Source: Hormiphora californensis (lineage: Eukaryota; Animalia; Ctenophora). Taken from it: DNA of 64,000 nucleotides. A program made the position numbers and the translations under genes. Below are positions 25,801 to 38,123 of this stretch, piece after piece. Location: assembly GCA_020137815.1 (NCBI GenBank), contig CM035361.1, positions 992,001 through 1,056,000 of the forward strand, read 5' to 3'. The notes beneath the pieces were generated by a model. That model did not search any database and was not told the DNA's origin. It saw only the letters and a program-made list of their open reading frames with translations. Numbering within the stretch: the stretch's first letter is position 1; every line of letters begins with the position of its first letter.

Positions 25801-27279
25801 TTATCCCTCAGACTCCACTAGATGCCCTTCAGATCCTTCTAGATGCCCATATCTTGTACCCATAAGACCTGCTTAGATACACATTAGACCCTTCTTGATA
25901 CCTCTCAAGTCTCGATAAGATCCTTGTAGATATATCTAGCAAGACCTGAGAGATATCTAACAGGGTCTGAGGGGGTCTAGAGGTATCTAATAAGTTCTGA
26001 GGCCTCAGAGGGTATCTAGGTAGCTCTGAGGGGTATATAGAAGTTTCTGAACTCTCAAAGGGGCATCTAATGGGTCTGAGGGGTACTTAGTAGAATCTTG
26101 TAGGCTCTGAGGGGATCTGTTCGAGTCTGAGGGGTTTCTAAGAGGGTTACAGGTGTATCTAGGGAGTTCTAGGGGTATCTAGCAACATCTGAAGACTTTC
26201 TAGCAACATATGAAGGATATCTATCAGGGCCTCAGGATCATTTACACCTTATTTAAGCTACAAAACATGATCGGTCATATGTAATATGAACTGAATTATA
26301 GCTGAAATACGGCTATACATACATCTAGTTAACCAATTATCCAATTAACCAAATGAGATATGAACTTTTCATGGGTGTCTACCCCCACTAATGCGAGGAC
26401 ATTCATGGAGAGCATCGATCAAGGTATTGAGAATCATTCCAAGAAATTTTGGTAAAAAAGTTTTGAAAATTTTTTCAAGTCAAAAAGGGCTAGTCCACTG
26501 ATAGTCCACTGCTAGTCCACTGCTAGTCCACTGCTAGTCCACTATGACTAGTCCACTGCTAGGGTACTAATGCGAGGACACTTAAGTACCCTGATTTGTA
26601 TCTCTACTCCAATTCTAAAATTATTTACAATATTGGTCTCAGCCACACACCCGAAATGACCATAATGCCCCTGAAGCTGCTAGTTCCAAAGCTTATAGTT
26701 GTTCCAGAAAACCCTTAGGGACATGTTGGTGAAAGAATTTCGCTGTTCCAAATTGTTTCCCCAGTCAGGGCGAAAAATTGACGGTCTTGTTCTAACATAA
26801 AAAAAGCTTAACTTTTAGCCAATTAGGCCCAATTAGGACCAATTACGCACAAATTGGATTGCACACTAGGTCTATTTTAATTCAAGATGATAAGGTTGCA
26901 ATTTCCGAACGATCGCGACCAACCACGACCTTCTACAACGATTTTGAATTTTTGCCCAATTTAGACCCAATTTGACCCAATTAACGCCAAATTGAGTACA
27001 AATTATACATAGTTGGGTCACTTTTATGATCTTAAGATGATAAGAATAATATTTCTGAACGATTGCGACCAATTACGACCTTCTACGATGATTTTGAATT
27101 TTTATTTCATTTTTAGCTATTACACCCAATTAACGCCAAAATTAAGAGATGTTTCGTGAGTCTAGGTCGTAGACTTTTTTTGGTGTTTCTAGGGACCAAT
27201 AGCCCTACTTTTAGTGAAGTCTCGCATGGGTATCTAAAAATTCCTGAAACGGGCACTTTCTTACGCAAATGCCTAGGAC
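22889..27279. mobile_element. Large foldback element with a TA flank on each side, long imperfect arms and a central degenerate ~10-bp tandem region; left arm interrupted by a LINE
   Basis: ta-GTCCTAAGCATTTG ... CAAATGCCTAGGAC-ta; 22889-23228 plus 24874-25640 mirror ~26020-27279; agatacccct-like units in the centre; ctagtccactg tandem at ~26490-26560. Confidence 0.85.
23229..24873 (+). mobile_element. 5'-truncated, frameshifted non-LTR retrotransposon (CR1/L2-group RT)
   Basis: NYRPVALTS, QHGFRRNRSCLTQLLNHYD, DVVYLD..AFDKV, GVPQG, FADDSK and EYCCPLWNP motifs across shifting frames; 3' tail (tgaatgttta)n; flanked by aagg. Confidence 0.9.
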
Positions 27280-27413
27280 TATAATCGCGTGCTACGTTTG
27301 TTTTACAGAGCTTGTAATGGCCAAATGTTTATGAGCCGCATGAAGATATATATTGTTAGTAGAGTACCGGCGGCCTCTAGGGTTGGACAACATGTTAAAA
27401 CACTTGTGGTTTG

Positions 27414-27450
27414 TAACAGTTTCGGCGTCAACGCCTTCTTCAGAACTAAA
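27414..27450 (-). ncRNA. Minimal hammerhead-ribozyme-like motif at the 3' end of the Penelope-like element
   Basis: Minus strand CUGAAGA-A-GGCG-UUGA-CGCC-GAAA-CUGUUA: catalytic core boxes with a 4-bp stem II and a very short stem III; the stem I partner is not evident. Confidence 0.65.
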
Positions 27451-28670
27451 GAAAATGGTAACTTTAAAAATGAATATATCTCGATAGATAACTAAATAAA
27501 TTACTACAACACAACTAAAGACTAAAACGACCACAAGTACTAAAAACGACTACAACGACTTAAAAATTCTAAAACGACAAATAACTACTAAACCCAAAAA
27601 CTAGAGAACAAACTATTAAACGAACACACAGGTCAAAACCGGGTCAAGAAAAAGAGAGGGGGGGAAGAGAGAGAGCAGGGGAGGTGCACCCAAATATGGT
27701 ATAACTCACCAGAGGGAAAAACCGGTGTATACTAGGTTGGACAGGCTGATATGTTACAGCTTGCACCAGTATTATAGTGGGTTAACCATCCTAGGGGCCA
27801 CGCTACGAGACGCTGAACCGGAACCCAACACAAATAGAATAATAAATAAATAAACGCTAATAAAACCAAAAATTCAAGAGGCTAGGGGGTTAGGGGGGGG
27901 GGGGGGGGCGGGGGGACAAGTATGGGTAACTGTCGTTTGTAGTTCAAGTTTTGTATTGAGGGAGGGTGAATGTGATGTGATCAATACTGCCTCCAGTGCC
28001 TTCCTCCGTACTGTTTTCTTCTCAATTCTAAAATTGTTAGAGAGATATCGGCAGGTTGGGAGGGGGGTACCTGGAGGTTAGTGCTGACCATGGCGTTGTT
28101 AGGGAGGACGAAGGACGTCCCGCCGCGTCGGAGGTGTTCAACTCAACCTTCGTGTATCGGACGGTAGGTCTCACCAATATAAGTGGCTTCACATTTACAC
28201 AGTAGTTGTAGACAGCACCTCTGGGGTTGCACCCACTTTCTCGATCAACGGACAAAGTTTACAATTAACAGGGTATTCAGACTACACTTAGGCGAGTCTA
28301 GTGGCCTCGAAGCAGTGAGGGTTGACCGAAGTGTACGACATGGTAAGAAACAGGTGTTATGGTAATTTTCTTCTTTTCAGGTAAGCACGTACTCGTTTAG
28401 TCTCCCCTTCTGAGTGTACGGGGGGGTCAGTATCGTGTAATTGTCACTGTGTGCTTACGTGACCCTTGTTTTTTCCCGTTGTGGGGGGTTGGGTTGTATC
28501 CGTTCCTCACAAGTAGGTCATGACCATCCCAAACGAGTGCTCCAGTTTCAGGAGAGGAGGTCTCCTCCGCAGTGCGATATAGGCCTCGACAAACGTTGTT
28601 TAGTTTTATCCTGGTGGTGGGATCGTTGTTAAGGGTGATGGACTTGTTGGTGGGTTGCGGTTGTGGCGTA

Positions 28671-29287
28671 AGGACCTAGTACTCAAATACCCGCAATTAC
28701 AGCAAAAAACGGCTGGAGTAGGAGCAAAATGTCTCTAGATGCACCCCCAAAATCGGACCTTCTGAATCGTATTAAGCATTGGTCCCAGGTTACGATCATC
28801 CGTTTTTGAGATACAGGGAATTCCATTTTTCAAAAGACGGGTTCACAAAAAAAGCTCTGTACACCACATCTTGACGGGAAAAGTTCACAAATTTTGTGGG
28901 CCAATAGTAATCGTTTGAGCAACTATTTCCAGATTTTCATCTCTAATGAAGCATGGGAACATTTCAAGCCAGCGTGTCAAGACGCAAAAAAGTAAAACGT
29001 TCTCATGGCGAAAAAAGCTTCCATTTCAAAAATCCTTTTAGGCTTATCACCGTTAATCTCTTCAAATTCCAAGAATATAAATTTTCTATCTCAAAAAAAG
29101 TGGTGCTGAGGTTAAAATTTCAACAAAAAATTGAAAAAACGCCACTTTGAAAATAGGCTGTAGCAAAAAATATGAATTCGACTTTAGGGTCTAAAATTGC
29201 AATTTGAGGTCCATTTTGTATGAAAATAAACCTAAGTTGAAGTAATTTGGTTGGGCACTCAATGATGAAAAACGACAGGTGTACCCT
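28671..29287. mobile_element. Non-autonomous DNA element related to the 31632-33014 palindrome, inserted into the PLE RT
   Basis: 28692-28860 is similar to 32420-32600; the right end ...gtaccct resembles the GGGTAC terminus. Left boundary approximate. Confidence 0.65.
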
Positions 29288-30176
29288 CTAAATCTCGTGT
29301 GTAGAGAAGGGCACCCACTCACCTGGTTGGTTTGGAAAAATCAATCTTCCAGGCATGCGTCACATCAATCGTGTTTCGATATAAGATCACCTTTATTGCT
29401 TCAGTTTCACTGCGAGCAAACCACCATAGCATCGTAAACGTACCTCTTATATAGTTAGAGCTATAGATGTGGGTCTGTGTAGATACTGCACTTTCCACCG
29501 CTGCAGTCGAATCATAGCTGCAGGTGTGGGTCACGGCACATCCCATGAACAAACCGTACTTTGTTTGTAGAGACGTCTGTTAAAAGTGAAAAAGGAGTAT
29601 AAAAGACAGTCCTCTAGGTGGCTGAGCTGAAGGTCTGACAAGTGTGCCCAAAACCTTATCCACCAATACTAGTTATCTTTGGCAAGGTCAATGAATCTGC
29701 AACACCAGCTTGAGGGTTAACGTTAGTAAATAGTGCTGACACGTCCGGGAATAGAATGATATCCCTTCAACTCATCCTGAGGGAGACTCTTGAGGAAGTT
29801 ATTTAATGTGGTCAGGATACCTGTGAGGTTAGAGGGGAGGGTAGAGAGGGGGGGGGACAATACGGGCTGCTAGAGTCGCTAAGGGTTCGGTAGGTGGAGC
29901 CAGAAAAGATACACTAGGCCTGACTTTTTAGCAGGGAGGGGGTATGTGGGAATCCAGGTTGTGTTTGGTTTGGAGTCTTATGAGTGTGTACATGACGGGC
30001 CAAAGCAGAGGTTCAACGTGAAACAGTGGTATGAGCTTTGTGAAACCTCTCACCTTACATATGAAGTTCCACCGCCATACACTCGTTTCCACGTCTCTAG
30101 TGGCATTTCTGAATTGGCAGGAAAATGAAACCTCAGTTGGAGACTTGATAGGACTGGAGCGAGTTTTTCCTGGGCA

Positions 30177-31590
30177 TCATGAGTGGAGGTTTAATGAATT
30201 CATACGCATGTGATTGTCTTGTATGTGTTGGTTATTATGGTCAAGTACAACTCTGGGGGCAAATAACAAAATCTCCCCCTTATCAACTAAAAAACGTTGC
30301 CAGTAGACGATGTACACAGGCAACAATAGTGCCAGTAGGATCCAAGTTAGGGTAACTGCGGTGAAGGCAGTCCAGTAGACGTAAGAGTGACAGTAGGAGG
30401 GAGAGGAGGGGGAGGTGGTGTTTACATCATCAAATCTATCGTAGACCCACCAACTAACTGTAATTGAAGATGCGTGTTAGGAAGAATTCTTTACTCGATT
30501 GAGTTAAAATTTGAGCTCAAATCACTATCATCTATTAGTTAGATTAAATTTTTGTCTTATTTCGCTCCTTCAATTCTCTTAGATTGAAATCAATAGAGAG
30601 TGGTATACAAACTAAACAAGATGTCCATTTTACCTGTTACAATGGCGATCAAATAAAGGACCTGTACCAGCAAGTGCAGTATTGTTACAATTCTCTGACA
30701 TTCCTCTGTATCATCAGCATAGTACATTCGACCCAGGAGTAGGCCAGCTACCAGCACTCCCAGTATACCCAGTAGGATCTGAGAGATGGGATTGGGTCAG
30801 AACTGTATTTTCATCTCCGAAGTATCTGAGTGAAAGGGTCAAGACCGACGACCGTCCTTAAAGGGCCTAAAAACCCAAATTTTATTTATCTATTTTGAAC
30901 GCTCCATCGTAACAAGCATGCTATTGGAGTCCCAAAAAACATAGGCACACGCCACATGGACCCCAGGTGAGCCCAGGGGGAGCCCCTCAAGTTGGGGCCA
31001 TTTGGGGTCCACTTGTAAACGCGCTTGTAGTCCTTGAAATGCTAACAATATGATCCTCTCTCAAATATAAAATTTAGGATAGAAATGATCCTTGTGTTTT
31101 AGTAGATTTCATAATGGAACTCTTTACCTCTAGACCTGAGATCTGTTCACCCCATTGAGTTGTTCAAATCTAGGCTGAAGACCAGACTTTTCCTAGAAGC
31201 GTTCCCTCCTACCCCTGAAGACTCCCGGTGTGGCGTCTGAGTTGTTCACCGTGCTCCCCATCTGTCAGTAGGCGGTCTTTAGGCGTGCTCACCATTTACA
31301 CTTAGGGCTTTTTTATCAGTATTGTTGAGCTGCTGATAAGTAGTGCGTGGGCTGTTGGCTTTGTTCCCTTTATTTAATAAAGTCTGTAATTTTTTCATCT
31401 AAACAGTTTTTAAGCGTTATGTGACCAGTTATCTAATTAGTATATCTTGAACTAGGAGTTAATTTTTTCCAAAGTGTGTGAGAATATAAGGACCTTTTCG
31501 CGTGAGGTATACCGCTCTGAAGCTCGTCAGTGTCAGTTACAGTTTTACTTATCTGGCCCTGTCGTGTCTGTGGCGGTATACAAAACTTAA

Positions 31591-31625
<35 letters not shown>

Positions 31626-34209
31626 ATTTAAGGGTACGCTAACCAAAAATTTTTTTCGAGTGCAGGGTAATCTCTCACCGTAGGGTTGTAGGCCATGCCA
31701 AGGAGACCTCAAATATGCAATTTGAGCTCTCAAGTCGAATTCATATTTTTGCTACAGCTGTTTAAAAAATGCCCTGAAAATACGTTTTTGGCATCTCGAA
31801 AAAAGTTTTTTAAAGATAGGAGCATGAAAATTTGGGGATTTGAAGAGGACATGACGGTGAATAACCACAAAAATTTTTTTTGCAATCCGAGCTGATTTCC
31901 GGTCCTGAGATGGATTTCTTTTTTTCCACTTTAACGCCCTATTTGGCAAAGTTCCGAAAACATGTGAAAGCTGTAAATTGGTGAAAAGTTGCGTCTAACG
32001 ATTATCTAAGTGGCCATAAATTTTGGGCGTGTCCTTATTTGAGGTGTATCGTACAGAGTTTTTTTTGTGAAAGCCGTCATTTCAGAAATAAATAAATTCC
32101 CTGTATCTCAAAAACGGCTGATCGTAGAGACCTGAGACTATGCTTAAACGATTCAGAAGGTCCGATTTTGGGGGGGTCTTCTGAGAGACATTTTGCTCCT
32201 ACTTCAACCGTTTTTGCTGTAATTGCGAAAAACTAATTCTATGAAAAGTATCCTGTAAAAATATCCTGTAATTAGGGAATTTTAGCTAAGAAAGGGCCGA
32301 AACTATGGAAAAATGTTTAACAAGCTAATTCCTTCACTATTTGGTCCATATGGGTCCCTATAATCATCAAAAACAAAATCACAAAAAATCCACGATGGCA
32401 AAGATGGGTTTTCGTTTTTCGCAATTACAGCAAAAACGGTTGAAGTAGGAGCAAAATGTCTCTCAGAAGACCCCCCCAAAATCGGACCTTCTGAATCGTT
32501 TAAGCATAGTCTCAGGTCTCTACGATCAGCCGTTTTTGAGATACAGGGAATTTATTTATTTCTGAAATGACGGCTTTCACAAAAAAAACTCTGTACGATA
32601 CACCTCAAATAAGGACACGCCCAAAATTTATGGCCACTTAGATAATCGTTAGACGCAACTTTTCACCAATTTACAGCTTTCACATGTTTTCGGAACTTTG
32701 CCAAATAGGGCGTTAAAGTGGAAAAAAAGAAATCCATCTCAGGACCGGAAATCAGCTCGGATTGCAAAAAAAAATTTTGTGGTTATTCACCGTCATGTCC
32801 TCTTCAAATCCCCAAATTTTCATACTCCTATCTTTAAAAAAAAATTTCGAGATGCCAAAAACGTATTTTCAGTACATTTTTTAAACAGCTGTAGCAAAAA
32901 TATGAATTCGACTTGAGAGCTCAAATTACATATTTGAGGTCTCCTTGGCATGGCCTACAACCCTACGGTGAGAGATTTCCCTGCACTCGAAAAAAATTTT
33001 TGGTTAGCGTACCCTTAAGCCTATCAAAACTAGGAGAAAAATTACCAGAATACAGAGACAAGAAAGATTATGTATTCACCTGAAACACAAAGATAATTTT
33101 AGCCAAAACTTCAAATTTCAGAGAGGATCATATTGTTAGCATTTCAAGGAGTACAAGCGCGTTTACAAAGGGACCCCAACTGGGTCCCAACTTGAGGGGC
33201 TCCCCCTGGGTTTACCTTGGGTCCGTGGGGCGTGTACCTATGTTTTTTGGGACTCCAATAGCATACTTGTTACGATGTAGTGTTCAAAATAAATAAATAA
33301 AATTTGGGTTTTTAGGCCCTTTAAACAAACAAACAAACAAATATACTATACTATGATCGTCTCATTCTTTTCGAATTCTGAGGGAAATCGAAAACTAAAC
33401 ACGACAAGGCAGGACGGAAATCAAGTTTATGAAAACATTAAAGCATTCATACCAGCGAGATGGGTAGAAGGTGGTTCATTGGACACTGGTCAATGTACAT
33501 GACACCAATTATCATTAGGGAACAGTAAACAAGGGCCAGCAGCAATATTAATCCTCCCTCTGAGCACATGTAGGGGAGTTGGTTGGAATTAAGACTTGTA
33601 TGGGTGGTCTCTACTCTCTAGCTGTCTTTTTGATTCTCAAACAGTGTGCTCATATCAGCTCCCCGGGCCCCGGCGCCAGACAGGTCTCTTTAAATACTCT
33701 CTAGCGGGTTTTAATCCTACTCAGAAAATTATATGTGTTAATACCTATTGCACCGGGTCTTGGGCTACAAAGACGGTTAGAAGCCGTGAACAATCTACTC
33801 CGAGTATCATCTTCAGTCTGCCCATTTCCTTGGTGCTCCTGAAACAACAATAAAAAGCTCAAATTGTAGATAGAATAGTTAATTCCAGAAAATATGTTTC
33901 CTTCAAAAAGGGCGGAGTGGGGACAACGTTATCAAAATACCTGCACATACCGTGGTCATGATCTAAACCCACAGAAGGCAGGGAGTTGCCTTGTCTCACC
34001 GCGGCCCTCGCGGTGGAATAAAAAGGGTTTGAACAAAACAAGCAGAAGGGAGAAAATACAAGGTGCAGTAGACGGCAGATTCTATACAGACACAAATAGT
34101 CTCCCTTAGATAGGGGCGGGTGGGGAGGGAAGGATACTGCATGATATCCTAACTTGTCGGCGCTTTGTACTTTTGAGTCATTCCTGTTTTTTTGACTGCC
34201 CCTTCTCAT
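30177..34209 (-). CDS. TMEM272-like multi-pass membrane protein (exons ~34209-34138, ~33838-33745, ~33559-33452, ~30778-30633, 30457-30177; N-terminal exon set uncertain)
   Basis: LMIIGVMYIDQCPMNHLLPISL | ILLGILGVLVAGLLL..LHLLVQVLYLIAIVT | VSWWVYDRF..YCHSYVYWTAFTAVTLTW matches the TMEM272-family pattern IG..Y...CP....P..L and WV.....YC...Y..AF. Confidence 0.72.
30862..33320. mobile_element. TTAA-flanked non-autonomous element (Kolobok-like AGG termini) in a TMEM272-like intron, TIRs ~230 bp
   Basis: ttaa-AGGGCCTAAAAACCCAAATT ... AATTTGGGTTTTTAGGCCCT-ttaa; 30862-31075 mirrors ~33110-33320. Confidence 0.85.
31632..33014. mobile_element. Near-perfect palindromic TTAA-flanked element (arms ~600 bp) nested in the 30862-33320 element
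   Basis: ttaa-GGGTACGCTAACC ... GGTTAGCGTACCC-ttaa; mirror-image ORFs 31752..31949(-) and 32698..32916(+). Confidence 0.9.
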
Positions 34210-34410
34210 CAGCTCTAGGATCTCTTGTGCTAATACACCTGCTAATACACACCTGTCACCTCAAGAGCTAGACACCAATTTCTGGCTCCATTTTAAGAAA
34301 TAACTGTTTACTACGTCATGTACTCTACATACCACTAAATCAACTCCCTTTATCTAGCTCTATTCTGTATGCAACTAAATTAACTCCCCATTCCTATAGC
34401 TTTATTCTGT

Positions 34411-35992
34411 ATGCCAGCCGATGAGAAGTTATTCCTAGAGGAAAACGTAGAACTTCCAGAGGGTCTGTTTAAGAACAAGAGCAAAATGGGGTCCGTCTCC
34501 CTTCCTCCACAGGTATGTAATAAATATATTTGTTACATAAAGATGTCCCTCATAATTATTGAATTCGAGCTATAATGTAACAAAATACTTGTGGATTTAA
34601 AAACATCATCCTTTTTGTTATCCAGGTTCTTCAGTTGAAAGAATGGGCGTTGGCTAAGAAGGATTCCCTGAGACCATGGCAGGAGTTTGGTAAGTATTAG
34701 GACTCATTCCACCCTCTTTGGAAACGAACCCTCCCTTGCCGGTGCGTGAAGCGTGCCAAACGAAGGCCGCGATACCAACTTGTTTCTCTCTTTATAATAC
34801 ACACCCCTCTTTAAACTTCTTAATACTTTCTAACACACCACTCTCGCTGCAGGTAATTACCACCGGTTAAGCAAACCAGGAAATGCAGGGATTGTTACTA
34901 AGCGGCTGTCTCACAATGTCATGTACTACTACACCAACTATGCTTTTATCAGTGCTGCTCTTATCGTATACTGCATGTAAGTTGCCTTGCTCGAACAAAA
35001 ATGTAAAGGTTTAGAGACGGAATAGGTATTTCTAGTAGGATTAGGAGTGTGGATATGGGTTTTCGGTTTAGGAGGGGGAAGTTATATAGAAGCCTTCTAT
35101 TAGAAGGGCCTTAAACAAATTGAGGTTGTTTATAGTGAGATGTAGAAAATGGTAACAATCCCATATTTTTCAGAATTTCCTCTCCTCTCCTTCTCCTTGC
35201 TATCTGCGTCTCTGGTACTGCCTGTTATCTCATCTCAACGCAGAAGGAAGGAAAAACTGTTCACGTTGGAGGTTTGTGTGTATTTCCAGTTGACAGTACA
35301 CGTTGCCTTGCTCGGCCCTCTTTTCGCAAAGGAGGGTTAGAAAAAACAGAGTACAAGTATTTGAAATTTCCAGATTGTTCCTACAACAACTGTTATTCGA
35401 TTTGAATTTTAGATCATGGTTCTTTTTACCATCGATAGATTTTTTTAGTAGATTTGATTTATATAATATTTCCAGGTCACACCTTTACGCCGAAGGATCA
35501 GGCGGTGATTTGCGGTTGTATCTCTCTCCCTCTCCTTTTCTTTGCTAGTGCAGGAACAGTCATATTCTGGGTTATTGGTAAGTAGAATCTGGTGAACACA
35601 GGACTCTCAATTTAGAATTTGGAAAATGTTTCCATACCAAGGTCATGATCAACCCCATTCCTCCCCTTCTATCCCTCCCCACTGCAGACCACTTCTCCAG
35701 CTCTGACCCCTCGGCCCTCACTCCTACTCCTGACGCACATTATACCTCCCTAGCCCAGATCCCCATTTATACCACCCCTGACCCCCACCCCTCCTTCCCA
35801 GCCCTGACCCTCACCCCTCAATCTTATTCCAGACACCCACCCCTGACCCCCACTCCAGCCCAGACCCCCATCCCTGACCCCCACCCCTCCCTCTCAGGCC
35901 TAACGGCAAGTCTTGTTGGTGTCCATGCTTCAATGATGGCCCTACCTAACGAAGACGGAACAGAGTTCGTGGAAATGAACGAGAGCGTGTAA
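34411..35992 (+). CDS. RABAC1: Prenylated Rab acceptor 1 (PRA1 family); exons 34411-34512, 34626-34689, 34853-34976, 35174-35270, 35476-35577, 35898-35992
   Basis: LRPWQEFGNYHRLSKP..KRLSHNVMYYYTNY..IVYCIISSPLLL..SLPLLFFASAGTVIFWVIGLTASLVGVHAS: PRA1 signature motifs, phase-consistent. Confidence 0.92.
35680..35893. repeat. C-rich degenerate repeat (cctgacccccacccctcc) upstream of the last PRA1 acceptor
   Basis: Several copies of the motif that immediately precedes the real acceptor. Confidence 0.65.
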
Positions 35993-36739
35993 TAAACAGA
36001 ATGATACAATTGGCCTCTGGAAAGATGGGACACTGTTTGGGGACAGACAGAGAGAGAAATTGTTGTATTGGGAAACTTGGAGAGTTATTCGGGATCTCTT
36101 TTCAAAACTTTGCATGAGAGGATTGAACAGGGAGAAAGAGGGGAGACAAGATACAGAGATTTTACAGAATTTAAACTTGCGTTGATGTATACTAGCTGCT
36201 ACAATTTTGCTATTTGTTTACCAACTCCAACAAGAATTTATTAATTTTATGGACGGAATTAATCATGGCACCCGGTACCGTACCCTGAAAAGTGTTAATA
36301 GGACATGTAATGGTTAGGCTGGTTGAGTGTAAATTACTGAAAATATAGTCACCCGGTCGCCGTCACCACATAGAGACGCGGCAGAGAGAGAGAGAGAGAG
36401 ATGTACAATTTACGGCGTGTATCAAGGTTGTTTTCGTATCGATAGAGCGGTGTGGGTGATACTGTGCAGTAACGCGCGATGACACCAGTGTAGGGAGATC
36501 AGCGCGCACAACCTCCCCTCTTGTGACGTGTGGAGGAGTGACGAGCGGGGCTTGGAGCTGCTGTCCTTGACAACATGTCTGTCACGTGATCAGTGACATT
36601 GTCGATAGGCTGAACAGTTCAGCTGACAAGTGAAAATGAGCTGCCAGATACTAAGACAACTTGTCCTAGGATTTTTGCTTTTGCATGATTGCGTGCGTTT
36701 GGGAAGAAAATAGGAATATCCTCTGCCTACATGACAAAC

Positions 36740-37316
36740 TTGGTAATGAAATTCCCCCTCTGCGCTAGCTCACGGAGGGGTAATAATATCGCTTGTACGG
36801 CGGGAAAAAAATTCCTGTGTCCAAACTACAAAACAGAAAGTTCTAATTTTTTGAACATACCGAGGAAATTGTCTGAGCTACCATTACATACCGGAATTTT
36901 TCGATATTTTGGCCATTAACACTGTTTTTGTTTTTGGAAAACTATGAAGATGCTGGAATTTGGCTACAAAAACCTTCAGAAATGTGCAAAATGCCATTCC
37001 AAAGGTATTAGAGGTGGATTCATTGATAACTAAGCTATAGTCGAGTCAGAAAAAATTCCACAAGATTGGAATTTTATGCCCATATAAGGAGTTATGCGAC
37101 ACACCTCTGTTGTTAAACATGTGGTGTAATCGCTACCGTTCGTTACTTTCTGTAGAATTCAGGTCCTGGTTACTATACAAACTAGTACCATACATTTTAG
37201 ATAGGTTTTAGACAAGTTTTCGATAACTTTTTATGAGAAGGTCCCGTAAATTTTCATTTTTAGGTAGGCGGTATTGTCACCCCTATATGCAATAATAGGG
37301 GTGACTTCGTAACCAA
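36740..37316. mobile_element. 577-bp MITE with a 9-bp TSD (atgacaaac); second copy at 59549-60125
   Basis: TIR TTGGTAATGAAATTCCCC / GGGGTGACTTCGTAACCAA; near-identical second copy of the same length. Confidence 0.9.
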
Positions 37317-37577
37317 ATGACAAACGGCCCTCAGTTCTCTCTTCTAAGAGCTTGGTTCATGACCTGAACGTTTCAGTGAACCTTTTATTCCATCACCTTA
37401 TCCTTACCCTTCTAAAAACATAAACACGACTTTTAATGTTACGTTGGACTAGTATTATTGAAATCGTACATATTTGTAATATCTTTCATTTCAAAAAGGG
37501 GCGCCGTCTTAAACAACGACTAAAAATAAAACACACATTCATCACTCCATAATAACTCTTTCATTCTAAGTCTCATG

Positions 37578-37651
<74 letters not shown>

Positions 37652-37725
37652 CTAAAATAATATACTCCTTGTTCGAGTGTGTCCTGCACACGATATGAGA
37701 TACTCAAAGAGAGGGTTCACACACG

Positions 37726-37805
<80 letters not shown>

Positions 37806-38123
37806 CATCATGCAACTCGCTCACATATAGTTAGCGAAGCAGCTCCAACTAGATTTCTCTCACCACAGTTAATGTAACAATCTTTCTCTTGCTCTCTTTA
37901 GTAAAAGTAACGATCTCACTTTTAGTTGGAGCTGCTTAGCCAACTGTAACAGTGCACTAAATCATGTTATGATACCAACATTTTGCACTTTCCATCCAAG
38001 TAACTTAGTGTCTCAAAGTACACCCCTCAATCCCCAATATTATCCAATCTCAATTCAGTGTTTGAATAGTTTCAAATTGAAACATTCCTCTCTCTCTCTC
38101 GGCGATCTCCACCACAACACACA

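Larger units (their letters stand above)
27414..30284 (-). mobile_element. Decayed, 5'-truncated Penelope-like retroelement (RT + GIY-YIG endonuclease)
   Basis: Minus-strand motifs in PLE order, across frameshifts: DKGG-like (30284), MYTLI, KVRP..PPTEPLATL, DVSALFTNV, QTKYGLFMG, PTNKSITL, LTPPYT, NCKLCP..GAVY..CKCEATYIGETYRPIHE (~28270-28150). Confidence 0.82.

Noticed and set aside
29321-30106. Apparent separate spliced gene (MPLETWKRV.., AG/GT-bounded segments) downstream of TMEM272-like
   Set aside because: The supposed introns also encode RT motifs (KVRP, PTEPLA), so the region is better explained as a continuous frameshifted PLE.
31695-32916. Paired near-identical ORFs on opposite strands (also 23085/26872 and 47086/47526)
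   Set aside because: By-products of inverted repeats; no transposase or other motifs.
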